Shown: positions 41,201-53,682 of the stretch, one piece after another
How the letters are laid out: the number at the start of each line of letters is the position of its first letter
Position numbering within the stretch: position 1 is the first letter of the stretch
From: Phoronis australis
Lineage: Eukaryota; Animalia; Phoronida
Direction of reading: 5' to 3'
NCBI GenBank assembly: GCA_002633005.1
Contig: NMRA01000644.1
Span: 83,735-147,734, forward strand
DNA: 64,000 bases
Program-made: the position numbers and the translations under genes
Notes under the pieces: model-generated
What the model was told of the DNA's origin: nothing
Seen by the model: only the letters and a program-made list of their open reading frames with translations
The model's database searches: none

Positions 41201-41287
41201 GGTAACGCAACCGAACGTGCCGCTATCGAGTAGAACTACTCGATCTAAATTGATACAAAATAGGTTGTTTTTGGGTGGCGTTCTCCT
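38216..41287 (+). mobile_element. Non-autonomous Kolobok derivative A (outer copy; THAP remnant on + strand)
   Basis: TTAA at 38212-38215 and 41288-41291; TIR aggagaatgccac / gtggcgttctcct. THAP remnant at ~40115-40350 (FFRLPR..RKW..RVCGRHFVDSDF). KolX-like N-terminus GYQFEPEYNDQE on the - strand at ~40410-40525. Confidence 0.85.
38324..40054 (-). mobile_element. Non-autonomous Kolobok derivative B, same family as A, inserted into A in opposite orientation
   Basis: TTAA at 38320-38323 and 40055-40058; TIR aggagaatgccaccc / gggtggcattctcct. KolX-like GYQFEPEYTDQE on + at ~39566-39601; THAP remnant on - at ~39650-39890. Confidence 0.85.
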
Positions 41288-43839
41288 TTAAAATAAAAAC
41301 TGATATGCATGTACGTACATTGTATAAACGACCGGGGTAAACAAATGTTTTGGTTGCGTCTATTAACGTACAACTACTTAACTTGGTTCAGTATTCTACA
41401 TGCGTACTTCTCAGTAAGTATTGGCTGCTTGAGGACATGAAATTGCTGTTTTGCTCATTTTAAGGTTGTCAAAAGTGGTGATGCAATATTACAACGTGGG
41501 GCCTTCCAGGGTTAACAAAAATGAAACAGAAACAGTATTTTTAACAAGGCAGCCAGAGCACGTGAAAAACACGAAAGAAAATGGAATCTCCTCAATTCAT
41601 GAAACTGGAGAATGTTAATTTGAAATAAAACAGCATGTTAATTTTAATAAATGGCTATATGTTTACATTCGATTACCACAAATGCAGCCCGGGTACTTAA
41701 AAAATCATGAAACGGATCTTTACGCAAACACTTTTGTTCGAAACCTAAGCCCAAATAATACTCTTTCCACAAGGCGTCTAATTTTTTTTCAAAATAAACT
41801 GAATTTAATTAAGATTTTTAGATTATTTTTTAATCTTTTTTGTGGTGCACCAAGAAAAGATAGATACCGTGCGAAGTGTCTATCGAAATTCCAATGTCTT
41901 GCGGTGGTACAGATGTACAATACGAACTTGAAATTTCGCTTACTCTCAAGACAATACATGGGCTTGCTCCGACCTGTATTGGAATCTGGCCCGTATTGGA
42001 ATGACGTCATCATTCCAATACGGGAAGTAGTTTCTTGCCCATATTGGAATGAGCGGTCGTTGTCATTTCGTTGCTCTTGGTGCGTTGAAGTGTGCAGGAT
42101 TTCTTTTGTTATATTCGTCAGATAAAAGGTATTTTTAACCAGAATTGTGTAAGGTTTAATCAGGGATTTTTTTCTACAGATTTTTATTGTGTTTCTTAGT
42201 GTTATTAGACACGTGTGTTGCACTGTTACAGACTTCATTTTCTCGACATGTGTATCAGCTCATCAGGCCCCTTCCTTGCTGCTGGTTTTAACTTTTTTCT
42301 GTGTATTTGTTGCCTAGTTTTGTGATTTATCTCATCAGTTAGGTTATACAAATGGGCATACGCCGTGAACACATGGACAAATGCGTTACTGGAGCTGTGA
42401 AGGCTAACAACAGCCGGTTCTGTCTCTGACAGAAATATGCAAGAATTCCCAGGCGTCCACAGCTTCTGATCGCCCCCATTACACTATATATAAATACTAA
42501 ATAATTATATGTAGTGTATTGGGGACGATCAGAAGCTGAGGATGCCATTCAAGAATCCTGTGCTGATACTGCTGAAGACGGATTCTAAAAGTGGATCATT
42601 GGCAGAAACTATCGGTCCTCAGAATCTGATAGCGATGACTGTCATTAACACCCTGTCTGTTCTCTGGGAATGTAAAAACAGTATGATTATTTAATTTACA
42701 TCCAAGTAAATGAACCCTGACGCTGATGAATTTGTTTTGCTGTTCACAGATTGAAATTGGGTTATGCTTATTGAAAAATGAATAAACTACCATTGCCAAT
42801 CAGTTGACAGACAATTACCTTACCCCCATTGCGACATCCTAGATCTGACTGTGAGGCATTATTCGCCGAATAGCATCTGGCATATGAAGCCCTTAGAGGA
42901 GCCTCATCTCTACGGCCAGTCAAGTCGCTGTGGTAGAAATTCCTGTGAAGTTGTCAACTGATGTCAAAGAGTTTTTTTACCAATACGACTATCGCTTTGC
43001 CAGTCTTGTGACTAATTTTAAGTTCTTCACATGTACCTCAGTCTTGGGAGTTCTTTCTTGATGGATTCTCTGGATCTTTGCTTTATTAGGATACATCGGC
43101 CCTTTTTCAAACAGTTTTGATGTACTGTACTTTGCACAACCTTGAGCCCATCTTTAATTTTGTTGGGCATCGTTTTTGTTTTAACATGTACCATTTCTTT
43201 GGTACTAATGAACACCACCATAAGCTTACCATTTGTGGCATAGTTGCACTCATGTGCATATTTCAATGCTTCACATTAGCGTGGTTAAATTTACAGTGGA
43301 TTAAGCCTAAATGAAAACCATGCATATTCCCCCTCACGATAGCAACATTATACTGTGTGCGCGACTCAAGCCATTCATTTTGAATCTGAAAAAGCAAATA
43401 TTTTTTATTTAATTTAAGAATCACCTGGTTTCTTAACGATAACAAATGTTGGCTACTGATGTACAGGAAGCTGTACTATGTGGACTACACGATACGTTTA
43501 GACCGACAGCGACTGCACAGACTTTTGTCAAGGTAATGCGACTTAAAAAATCTTCATAATTTTCCTCACATTTTTGTTTTTTTGTTTAAGTGATGACGAA
43601 CTTCATCCATCGAGGGAGGGGTGTAACATGATGAGCTTAGTACTTCACTCTTTGTTTATACTGTTACATGTAGCTGCAATTAATCATAGCCAACAACATT
43701 ATACATAGTGTATGCTAGTAGCGGTGTTGTCTCAGTCATGCTTTGTATGCTGTAGAGTTCAGATCATTTATTATAAACAAGTCTCTTTTGCCTTAGTCTT
43801 GATAGTACATAAAATATTACTGGGAACAGTGTCCTTCAT

Positions 43840-44931
43840 AAAGGCAACATTTTTTCATGTCATTTTAGTAAAAATAAGGCTTGTTGATTATACCAGACAT
43901 GTTTTTCAGTTAATTACAGCTTTTCGTAATTTAATTAATTACTCATCCCCTACTCCGGAAGTGACCTTTAGGGAGTCCAGAATTATGCGCCACTTATTTT
44001 CCTATAGTCTGATTGGGAGAAGTGTTGAGTCAGTCATTGTTCTATCTCGGTTGTGATAAGTTCGATCATACTTTACTTTTGTTTACTAGTCAGTTAACAT
44101 GCCACATACTTACTGCATACCGGGATGTACTCATTATCGTGTTGCGCACTCTAGGTGTACCATTACATCACTGCATGCAGTTCGACACCCAGTGAGGAGG
44201 ACAGTTCATCGTTCAATGAAGAGGCCTATGAGTCAAATTTTGATAAGTTTGTTCTGGACTTGTCTGAAGTATTGGAGCTATTTAGAAGGTGCCAGGTGTA
44301 TGTATGTGTGGCGAAGGAGTCACATGGCGGTATGTAAGCGGTTTGGGTGCTCAGGTGACCATCCAGTGGAAACAGCATAGGCATTCCATTGAGGTCGGCA
44401 TTACAGTGCACACCGTGCATTTGCACCAAGACGTCCCACCACATCTGTCCACAGTCTCTGCCTCATTCCTCTCAAAAGCTGTGCCTGTGTGTACTCTGCC
44501 TCATTATACTCGCGCTCAAACATATATATACCTGTTACTATATGGATGAATATACATGCAGTAGACACTATATAAACACAGATTGACTAGGAACAGTATA
44601 TATGTGGTTTATTCCAATATGGCTCATACTGGAAGAAGAGGGAGGAAGCTCTCTAGTACAGCCACCCACTGACCGTCCGTGAAAAAATACACAATCACCA
44701 CTGCTATGACATGGGTGGCACAGCACTGAAAAAAGTGGGGACTAAAGCCCCCCTGCACCCTCTGTAGTGAACCGCACATGAACAATATCTCCGTTGCTCA
44801 CGTTGTTACGGTCACTGTGAGATGCGTTGCCGGCGAGAAGCTCTACAGTAATTAATTGAAAAATATGAATTGTATAACCAACGAACGTTATTTTTTACTA
44901 AAAGTAACATGAAAAAAGGTTGCCTTTTCCT
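43840..44931 (+). mobile_element. Third Kolobok family, deletion derivative
   Basis: TIR aaaggcaacattttttcatgtcattttagtaaaaataa vs its inverse at 44888-44931, followed by TTAA at 44932-44935 (left tip lost). Plus strand: MPHTYCIPGC (THAP start) and KFVLDLSEVLELFRRCQV..GAQVTIQWK. Minus strand: YMFEREYNE and SWCKCTVCTVMPTSMECLCC (KolX). Confidence 0.75.
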
Positions 44932-45879
44932 TTAAGTCTACTGTGGAAGCAGCTGAAAAATACGAATAGGAATAAACAATATAGTATGCATTTGATAGCT
45001 GTAATGATTTTGCTGCATTTTCTTTTAGTATTGGACCATTATACCAGGCAGGTATTGGATACCGTGATGCGATATCGTGATGCACTGTGGAGACAGCCAC
45101 CAAATACTGGTAAGTGTAGAGTTTTGAATTCAATTGTTTTAGCTTCAGTTTGGTGGAGGTTATATTTCGAGCTGTGCCTCAATCAAAACTTTGAAAAATA
45201 ACTTACAGTAGAAGTTATTTCTTTTGTTTGTGATCATAATTCTCATATTGCCTAGAGTTGTTTATTATTGTGCTGCCGGATTTAGGGGAGGTGGGACCAT
45301 AGACTATAGAATGTGGACCACCAAGTCTGTATATTTTCCATGGACGAAATTTGTGGTCTTGCGCATACGCTGTGATATCATTTATTCACTAGCGACACCT
45401 GGCAGACAAGGCAGGCTTTACTTCCCGCAAGTACATCGTTTCTTAATCACGGTCATTGTGTCGGGATTTGGATCGGTGATTTTGTCCAACTCACATCCGG
45501 GTTCAAACAAATTGAACGCTCGTAAAACGTAAACTTCTAAGTGAAGCTCATATTAATACTCCAGAAATAACCTCCATTCCTACTCAAGAGCCAGTCCCAC
45601 ACTTCAGCAGCAGTCTACATACTCTGTGAGACATTTCCTTACAGTGTTTTTGAGGTATCTGGTGAAGTTTTCATTTAAAAAAGGTTTCATTAAAATCGAC
45701 CGAAGGGATATTTTGCTATGAATGTACCTTTCTCAAAAATGAAATTTTGACTTAAAAAAGGTTTTTACGTAAAAATAATTATGGCACATCAATATAAAAA
45801 GTATATTTATATTTCCTGGTCTTTGTTTTTTCAGAAAATGTATATTTTTACCAGTTGACAAAGCTTAGTTTTTTATATA

Positions 45880-47142
45880 CCGTATTCGCCATAATAACCG
45901 CCCATGCCCCTATAATCGCCCCCCACGCGTTTTCAGACTTATGCTAAAATAAGCGCCCAGTCCATGAACGTGTACGTGAGAAAAATGTGCTACCTACAGT
46001 CCTAAAATTCTATAGTAACGTCATCAATTTATCAATAATATCCGACAATCCTGAAAAAATCATTGTGTGCAGAATTTGTAGACCACGAGCCTTACCGCTA
46101 TGTCGGTATTTAGCCGTGACTATACACTTCAAACTTCTGCCATGCCTCAAAACGAACACAAACGTTTTGATGATCTTGCGAGGACCAATGGTCTGGCCTT
46201 TCAGAACAGACCTAGTGTACTTGTCTACGGGATTGCTTTGAAGATATTTAACGCTTTCAACAGGAATCCAACAAATTTCTTTGTACACGTGAAAACTGCG
46301 AATCGAAGACTAATAAAAAGCTTGGACAGTGTTACAAGCACCGTGGCAAGGAAGCGCGTGCTTCATACATGAACCTGTCATCAAAGACATTACACCGAAA
46401 AATAACTGTCACGTACGCATCCAGACACACGGCGACTAATATGGGCCTTACCGAGACAAATGTCGAATGTTTTTAGCACATGAGACCGCCAAGTGCTGAA
46501 TGAAACACGCTCTGGTTTAGGCCTACTGCTTGTGCAAATTTCTTTAGATACAATGCACATATAGTAGCTCGTTAGATTGCGTGGCTCTGGCCAAAAGACG
46601 GTCTCTGGTGACACGCATGCGCTCGTTACTCAGCGCAGACGAACTTCAAAACAAACGTCACGTGACAACAACATGTGTGTTCGTCCAGAAATTTTTCTCA
46701 TGTTGCTGATCATGCATGTACAGGTAGATGGCACAATGTAGCACAGATTGTACTTAAACCTGCCGTTAACCCCGACTCCACGGGAACTTAAAAATCTTAG
46801 GGGCGCTACTTGGAAAACTTCAGGAGGATTTCAGGTGATTTGCTTGCTGTATTTTTATTCAAGAATTCAAGTCACCATATCGACGATTGCGAAGCAGTCA
46901 GTCGGCGAGTTTTCGCCCTGGGATTTCAGCACAGTTTTCTGTAAAATGATGGCCGCAATGCACCACAGTTTTGTAGTAAGTCTTTCATAGATTACAGATA
47001 CGTCACAGAGCGTAAATGTGATGAATCTTAGCTTCCGATTTCACACGTTGGAGACCGGCTTTCAACAGCCTTGGGTTATAATAAGCTCCCCCCTGAAACG
47101 AACTTTTCTAAGCGCACTGGGCGGTTATTACAATGAATATGG
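45880..47142. mobile_element. Tc1/mariner (pogo/Tigger-like) non-autonomous element
   Basis: TA|ccgtattcgccataataaccgccca ... tgggcggttattacaatgaatatgg|TA; TA TSD at 45878-45879 and 47143-47144. Confidence 0.8.
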
Positions 47143-48416
47143 TATGAGTTAGAATGGAGGCCATTAAATAAGGTTGGAGATAACCTTAAGCTTGAATGCA
47201 CGCCGGTGCCACTCTAAATTTCTGAACTCTACTATTGGAAGATCTTGAACAGCATTTTAGTGCTGATATGTTTTTTCATTGTAGTAGACAGAAAAGATAG
47301 AATTTCCGGCCACTGTACACTAACGGGAACCTGAGTTTCCTATGTTGAGAGGGTTGTGACTCCTGTGGGATATTTTGTGAGTAACTGTCGGGAGTCATGA
47401 ATCTGTTGTCTATAATCTATGGTGGGACAAAATAAAAAGTGGGCTCCTACCATAATATCCAAGATCAGACTCTACATTGCAGCACTCTGGAACACTTATT
47501 TCCATTTCAACATTTACATGTATCTGTGATTGCATGCAATATATTGCTCTGTAACATGTGTTATTCCACATGTGCTGTCGAGGCGTAACCTCACTTCAAG
47601 GTGCATAACACTTATGACATCCTGGTGGACAACACGCTTGAAATCCAGGTATGTAACCCCCTGTATAAGATTGTAATATCATGCTTGAATTTGTAGGTGG
47701 AGAGTGTTATCTCAAAAACTTATCATTTTAAAAGACTTAAGTTCATTCACTACCTGCTTTCTAAACAAAGATTTCCAGTTGCAAGACTGAGCAGTGAATT
47801 TGTATTCAAAATACCGTAACGCACTCTCTGGAACATGAAACACTGAATCTGTTTTATCTAGCATGCAGAATGAGACGAGAAGACTGGAGATTCAACCAGT
47901 GATTGGTTTTCACGAAATCTGAAGGTCTTTAATATCAACATATTGAGTTTTCTTGATACCTTTTGACCACATAAAGTTTCTTTATTTTTCAGACTATTGC
48001 CTAGAATTGCAGACTGGGAATCTTCAAGGCGAAAGCATGGCAGATGAATTTCTAATTTTGCTTCTATTAAATGCACATTTGAAAGTTTAATAATAAGAAT
48101 GTTTACGAACCACATCTATTTTCTTTGCCATGCCAATGGCGAGCATGTGCAATGAAGGACAATGAAGCATATTATTTAAAGGCTCCTAAACTGGGATATT
48201 AACACACTTCTCATATTGCACTCTAAAATAAAATAGTGCTCTGTGACTCATCAATGCTCAAGTTAAGATAAAATTAGGAACCCTTCTTAAGCATCTTCAA
48301 CCGCCAAGCATTAGTAATGCTTTAGGTCATGTACACAACAAAAGTGAGTCAGGACAAACAACTGTCTAAGAATCATTTTGTGTTTTCTGTTGAATCCGCC
48401 CTCCACACTCAAGTCC

Positions 48417-49100
48417 GATGCAAAGTGCATATAAGTTTAAGGAAAGACATTAGTTGGTCATTTCACATCAATTCATATACAAACTAATCAAAATTTTTAT
48501 CTTTTGTAAGGTTTTAATCAACTAATTAGCTCAAATTCCAATACGGGCCGGCTGTCGAGGCCTGTCCCGTATTGGAATCGGCGACAGTAGCCCTTTTAAG
48601 TTGATGCAAAGTGCATAAAAGTTTAAGGAAAGACATTAGTTGGTCATTTCACATCAATTCATATGCAAACTTGTCAAAATTGTTACCTTTGGAAAGGTTT
48701 TAATCAACTAATTAGCTTAAATTCCTATACGGGCTGGCTGTGAGGCCTCTCCCGTATTGGAATCGGCGACAGTAGGCCTTTAAAGTTGGTGCAAAATACG
48801 TTTAAGTTCATGGAAAGACATGAGATGGTCATTTTATACCAATTTATATACTAAATTGTCGAAATAGTTACCTTTGTCAGTTTTTAATCGCCTAATTAAC
48901 AAAAATTCCAATACGGGCCGGCTGCCGTGTCGTGTCCCGTATTGGAATCGGCGACAGTATGCCTTTATAGTTGGTGCAAAATACGAAAAAGTTCATGGAA
49001 AGACATTAGACGGTCCTTTTATACCAATCAATATGCAAACTTTTAGAAATTGTTACATTTGAAAGTTTTTAATCACCTAATTAACCCAAATTCCAATACG
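48417..49100 (+). repeat. ~185-bp tandem repeat (~3.7 copies), subterminal to the Ginger-type element
   Basis: Full units carry an inverted pair ttccaatacggg...cccgtattggaa; a further pair lies at ~49290-49340. Confidence 0.85.
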
Positions 49101-49529
49101 AACCAGTAAGTTCCCTGAGACGGTGAAGGAGGCCGCCTGAACCGTCAAAAAAACCAAAAACACCTCTTCCGAATAGTGATCAGACCATGTCACAATGTTC
49201 AATATAAAGTGTAGTTTGGTTGACACAATTTTTTCGATGTTGGGAGCTTTGCATTCATGTCATTTTGAAGCCGATGTTGTGATCGCCGCGCGATTCCAAT
49301 ACGGGCCGCTGCCGAGTGTGTGTGCCGTATTGGAATCGGCGAAAGTAGGCCTTTCAAGTTGGTAGAAAATACGTGGAAACTTAAGAGCATATTTTAGCAT
49401 GAACTTTTTATACATAGCAATATTCAAATTCGTCGAAAATGTTCTGGTAGAAGCTAAATTTTAACAATTATTTGCCTTGCACTCCTGCAACTCGTAATAG
49501 CCGCCATTTTGAATTTAGCCTCGGTCAAT

Positions 49530-49907
49530 CTCGCACAAAGATTTTGGATTTAATAGCAACACGACGTTGTGGGCGTCCGTTTTATATTAAAATTATGAAA
49601 GGAAATCCCCATTTTATGGAAACAGCGAATTATAAAGTTTTGTAGTCAATTTATCGTTTTAAAGTATTATTCCCGTATTGGAATTCCAATACGGGAACGG
49701 CCCGTATTGGAATACTCCAATACGGGCCAGATTCCAATACGGGCCGGAACAGGCTTACGTAAGGTTGGAATACCGGAGAAAACCTTGCAACTTCAATCAA
49801 ATAATCACGTTAACGTTACTATAATTCATCAACGCGTAAATGGATGGTCGTGAGAGGCAATGATTACAAACATTCTCTATATTGAACAAAAACTTTACCC
49901 GATTTCT
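49530..49907 (+). repeat. Direct repeat copy 1 (378 bp) flanking the LINE; copy 2 at 51211-51605 (395 bp)
   Basis: ctcgcacaaag...ttacccgatttct in both copies. Copy 2 has one extra 17-bp unit and a few substitutions. Confidence 0.95.
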
Positions 49908-51209
49908 GATGTCCGGAAGTATCTCAATGAAATTGACCCCAATAAGAATGATGGCACAGCTTTAATAACCAGCAAGATGATCAAAATGATTGCCAACGAA
50001 ATTACCATGCCCCTGACCAATCTGTTTAACAAACTTCTTCAGCTAGGCATTTATCCGTCTTCTTGGAAACATGGAATTATGGTCCCCATACACAAAAAAG
50101 GCTCCAAAACTGAAATTTCAAATTATCGCCCAATAACATTACTTAACACCCTGTCCAAAATCTTTGAGAAGATCATTGCTCAAAGTATTCTTACATTTCT
50201 CAAACAAAACAACTTGATCTATCATCGTCAATTTGGTTTTTTNNNNNNNNNNNNNNNNNNNNNNNNNNNNNNNNNNNNNNNNNNNNNNNNNNNNNNNNNN
50301 NNNNNNNNNNNNNNNNNNNNNNNNNNNNNNNNNNNNNNNNNNNNNNNNNNNNNNNNNNNNNNNNNNNNNNNNNNNNNNNNNNNNNNNNNNNNNNNNNNNN
50401 NNNNNNNNNNNNNNNNNNNNNNNNNNNNNNNNNNNNNNNNNNNNNNNNNNNNNNNNNNNNNNNNNNNNNNNNNNNNNNNNNNNNNNNNNNNNNNNNNNNN
50501 NNNAACTGGAATTCTCTTCCAGTCTCTGTTAAGGAAAGCAACTCTTTTACGAGTATAAAAAATAATTTTAGAACTGTTTTTCATAATTTTGATAACTCAA
50601 CACCCTTGACTCAATTCTCCCTTACCCGCGATAACGAAATAGCATTGTACAGATCAAGATGTGGCCTTTTCCTCAACTCTGACAAGTTCAGGCACAACTT
50701 TAGTAATGTCTCTCCAAACTGTAAATGTGGTGACCATCAATCTTATCCTCATATTTTCTTCAAATGTCCCCTCATCGAATCCCTGAGAGACTCACTCTTT
50801 CGTGCACTCAATGATAACCAATCAATTGTTAACGCTCTCAATTCTTGTAATAATATCCCTACTAGAGTTACATTATTACTGAATGGTAGTCCTAACCTTG
50901 ACTTTGTTCTCAACGAATTCCTCCTAAGCAACGTTAGCAAATTTTTATGTACCGTTTATCAATATTGTTGCATCTGATTTCCCTACATGAATCTGTAAAT
51001 ATTTTTGTTTTTATATATATGTAATAGCATATCTAAGTATTGGAATACTTATTTTAGATACTACTTAATTGTATAAACCTCTATGTATATAAGTTTCAAT
51101 TATGAATTGTTTACAACCCAGATATAATGCTTCGCGGTTTCTGGGTTTGTTATTATTTCTTTGTATGTTCTGTGTATCCTTCAATAAATATATATCACAG
51201 TAAAAAAAA
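49908..51209 (+). mobile_element. 5'-truncated CR1-type LINE (RT N-part, C-terminal Zn knuckle, polyA) spanning an assembly gap (N 50243-50503)
   Basis: YPSSWK..VPIHKKG..NYRPITLL..SKIFEK..QFGF; LNSDKFRH..SPNCKCG..HIFFKCP (ORF 50606-50977); AATAAA at ~51183 and an A8 tail at 51202-51209. Confidence 0.9.
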
Positions 51210-53682
51210 CCTCGCACAAAGATTGAGGATTTAATAGCAACACGACGTTGTGGGCGTCCGTTTTATATTAAAATTATGAAAGGAAACCCCCATTTTATGG
51301 AAACAGCGAATTATAAAGTTTTTTAGTCAATTTATCGTTTTAAAGTATTATTCCCGTATTGGAATTCCAATACGGGAACGGCCCGTATTGGAATACTCCA
51401 ATACGGGCCAGATTCCAATACGGGCCAGATTCCAATACGGGCCGGAACAGGCTTACGTAAGGTTGGAATACCGGAGAAAACCTTGCGACTTCAATCAAAT
51501 AATCACGTTAACGTTACTATAATTCGTCAACGCGTAAATGGATGGTCGTGAGAGGCAATGATTACAAACATTCTCTATATTGAACAAAAACTTTACCCGA
51601 TTTCTTTAATGTGCATTTAATTCCAAGCTCACGCATACCTGATATTCAGATTAAACAAAATTCAAGTTCACGCTCATCAAGCAAGTTATGGAAGGCTTTC
51701 GGAATAATATACTTCTTACTTCATTGAAAAGACCTGCTAAGTGTCTTTGAGCTGACCATTATCGCCGTAAGTTTTTAATCGAAGATTAGTTTGAACTCCG
51801 GCTGTTACACATTCTCAGTTGGCAAGGATTGAGGTACAGGTAAGTCATCAACAGACTTCGACAGGCGCCACTTCTGCTAAGCTCAGTTTTCGGAATCCGG
51901 TAGATCTATTGTCATATAGACATTGCAGTATTCGGTACCCCGTATTCCTTTATTAAAACTACCCCGTGACCCAAAGTGAAATGTTCGGTGAGCTACAATG
52001 TGTCTGTGCAAAACTTGGGATATCTTTTTGAAAAATAGACAGTGCTCTCTTAGAACCAGAGTCTATGGAACACAGGCGAGACGTAACTCGCAGATTCAGT
52101 TAGACTGGTTGGCCACTGTGGCAAGTTTATTCCCAACACTGAGAAATACGTCTACTATTGGCGGTGGGTGGACATTTACCTCAAAGAGAACAATACACCT
52201 AAGCTTCAAGCTCCATTGAAGGCGTTTTAATGACAAATGGTAATTATTGTACGTTTCCAATTGTCTTCATGGGCATTGTATGCCAGCTCGAGCAGTCCAT
52301 AAGAACAATTAATTCTTCACGAAACATCCCCCTCCCGTTTTCTATTTAGTATTATCCCCTCCTGTTTTCTATTTAGTATTATTTAGTACACGGCCTTGAA
52401 TACTGCGCATGTCACATTGTGTGCAGCACCCCCCCCCCCACCCAAATCACTTTGACTCATAACCAGGGTTTTCCAAAATGTTCCCCGAGAAGGGAGTCGT
52501 GACACGAATTTGGAAGAAGTCCTGATCAAATTGCATTTAATTATTTTTAGTTTTATGGCTCTTATGAAGGCTATACATTTGTTGTCTGTTTACGCAACAA
52601 TTGATCGAGCAAATATCCATATTCAATATTCGTAAAAGTTGATCATAATTGGTGGAATCGTGAGAAACATGATTTACTAGAGTAGACCCACTTTCAATTG
52701 AGGACAACAATGACACATATTTCTGGAAAAAGGTGACCCTTAACCATTGGCAATCGCCCTTTAACGATTTATATTTAGTGACAGATTTACGTTTTCAGTA
52801 AGTTGGGTTTAGGATTCGCAATTTAAGAGACACAGAACAAGCATTTCAACTAATTCAGCTACTCCCACTGATAGATGCGCCATCTAGCTGTAGGATGGTA
52901 GGTAAGGTACATGACGTCATCAACAGGCTCACAATTTTAGAGACACCAGACACGCATTTCAGCTAATTCAACCATTCCCACTAATCGCTGTGCCACCTGC
53001 CTGCAGCCAGATAACGTACATGACACCAGCAAAAGGTTCAACACAAGGGATACTAAATACGCTAAAAATTATCCCTGTGATCGTTCGGGTGACTTACATT
53101 GATTGCAAATATCCAAACAAGCTCTATCACATCGTTAATCATAGTCCTTCCACCGGCAACCTGACTGTGCAGTAGCCAACACTGCAGACGACAGTGGCAC
53201 TGGGACTGCTATCGACTGGTCTTCCAAACGCGAACAGAACACACAAAATAAAAGGCAATGTATCATAAATTGAATAACAAATAGTCCTTACCTTTCTGAA
53301 TATTTGGGAAACGCAAAAATGACAGTTCCAATGCTTTCGTGGATGAATTTGTGTAACTTATTACGCTCCCCATTGCGCCAGTGAAGACTACTCACGTAAC
53401 ACAATCCTTGGTAGAATTTCTAAATGTCGGTGGTAAATCACTCACTCTATATTCAGGACATTTGACTAACAAAACCATTTGCACCATAAAACAATATCAA
53501 CTGTGTATTAATTTAGCGGCTGGTGGTCTCGTGGACTCGTACACAAATATAAAGACTACTTGATAAAATCACTAGCGAAAACTACGAGCGTGAACTTACA
53601 ATGTACTTCTTTGGAGCTCACATGACGTACAAACCAATTGGATATAGCGATGTCGGTCGTAAAACACGGGTGAAGTCTCGGT

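Larger units (their letters stand above)
41965..49751. mobile_element. Ginger/TDD-type DNA transposon (non-autonomous, carrying nested insertions)
   Basis: Termini TG(C)tccgacc... / ...ggccggaACA; 4-bp TSD GGCT at 41961-41964 and 49752-49755. TIRs are built from cccgtattggaat/attccaatacggg repeats. No transposase ORF was recognised. Confidence 0.7.

Noticed and set aside
41682-42238. Overlapping 147/149-aa ORFs
   Set aside because: They straddle the Ginger TIR boundary and show no recognisable motifs.
49860-50584. 232-aa ORF and the overlapping X-rich ORFs as real proteins
   Set aside because: They read through the N gap, and the first ~16 residues come from the duplicated flank rather than the LINE.
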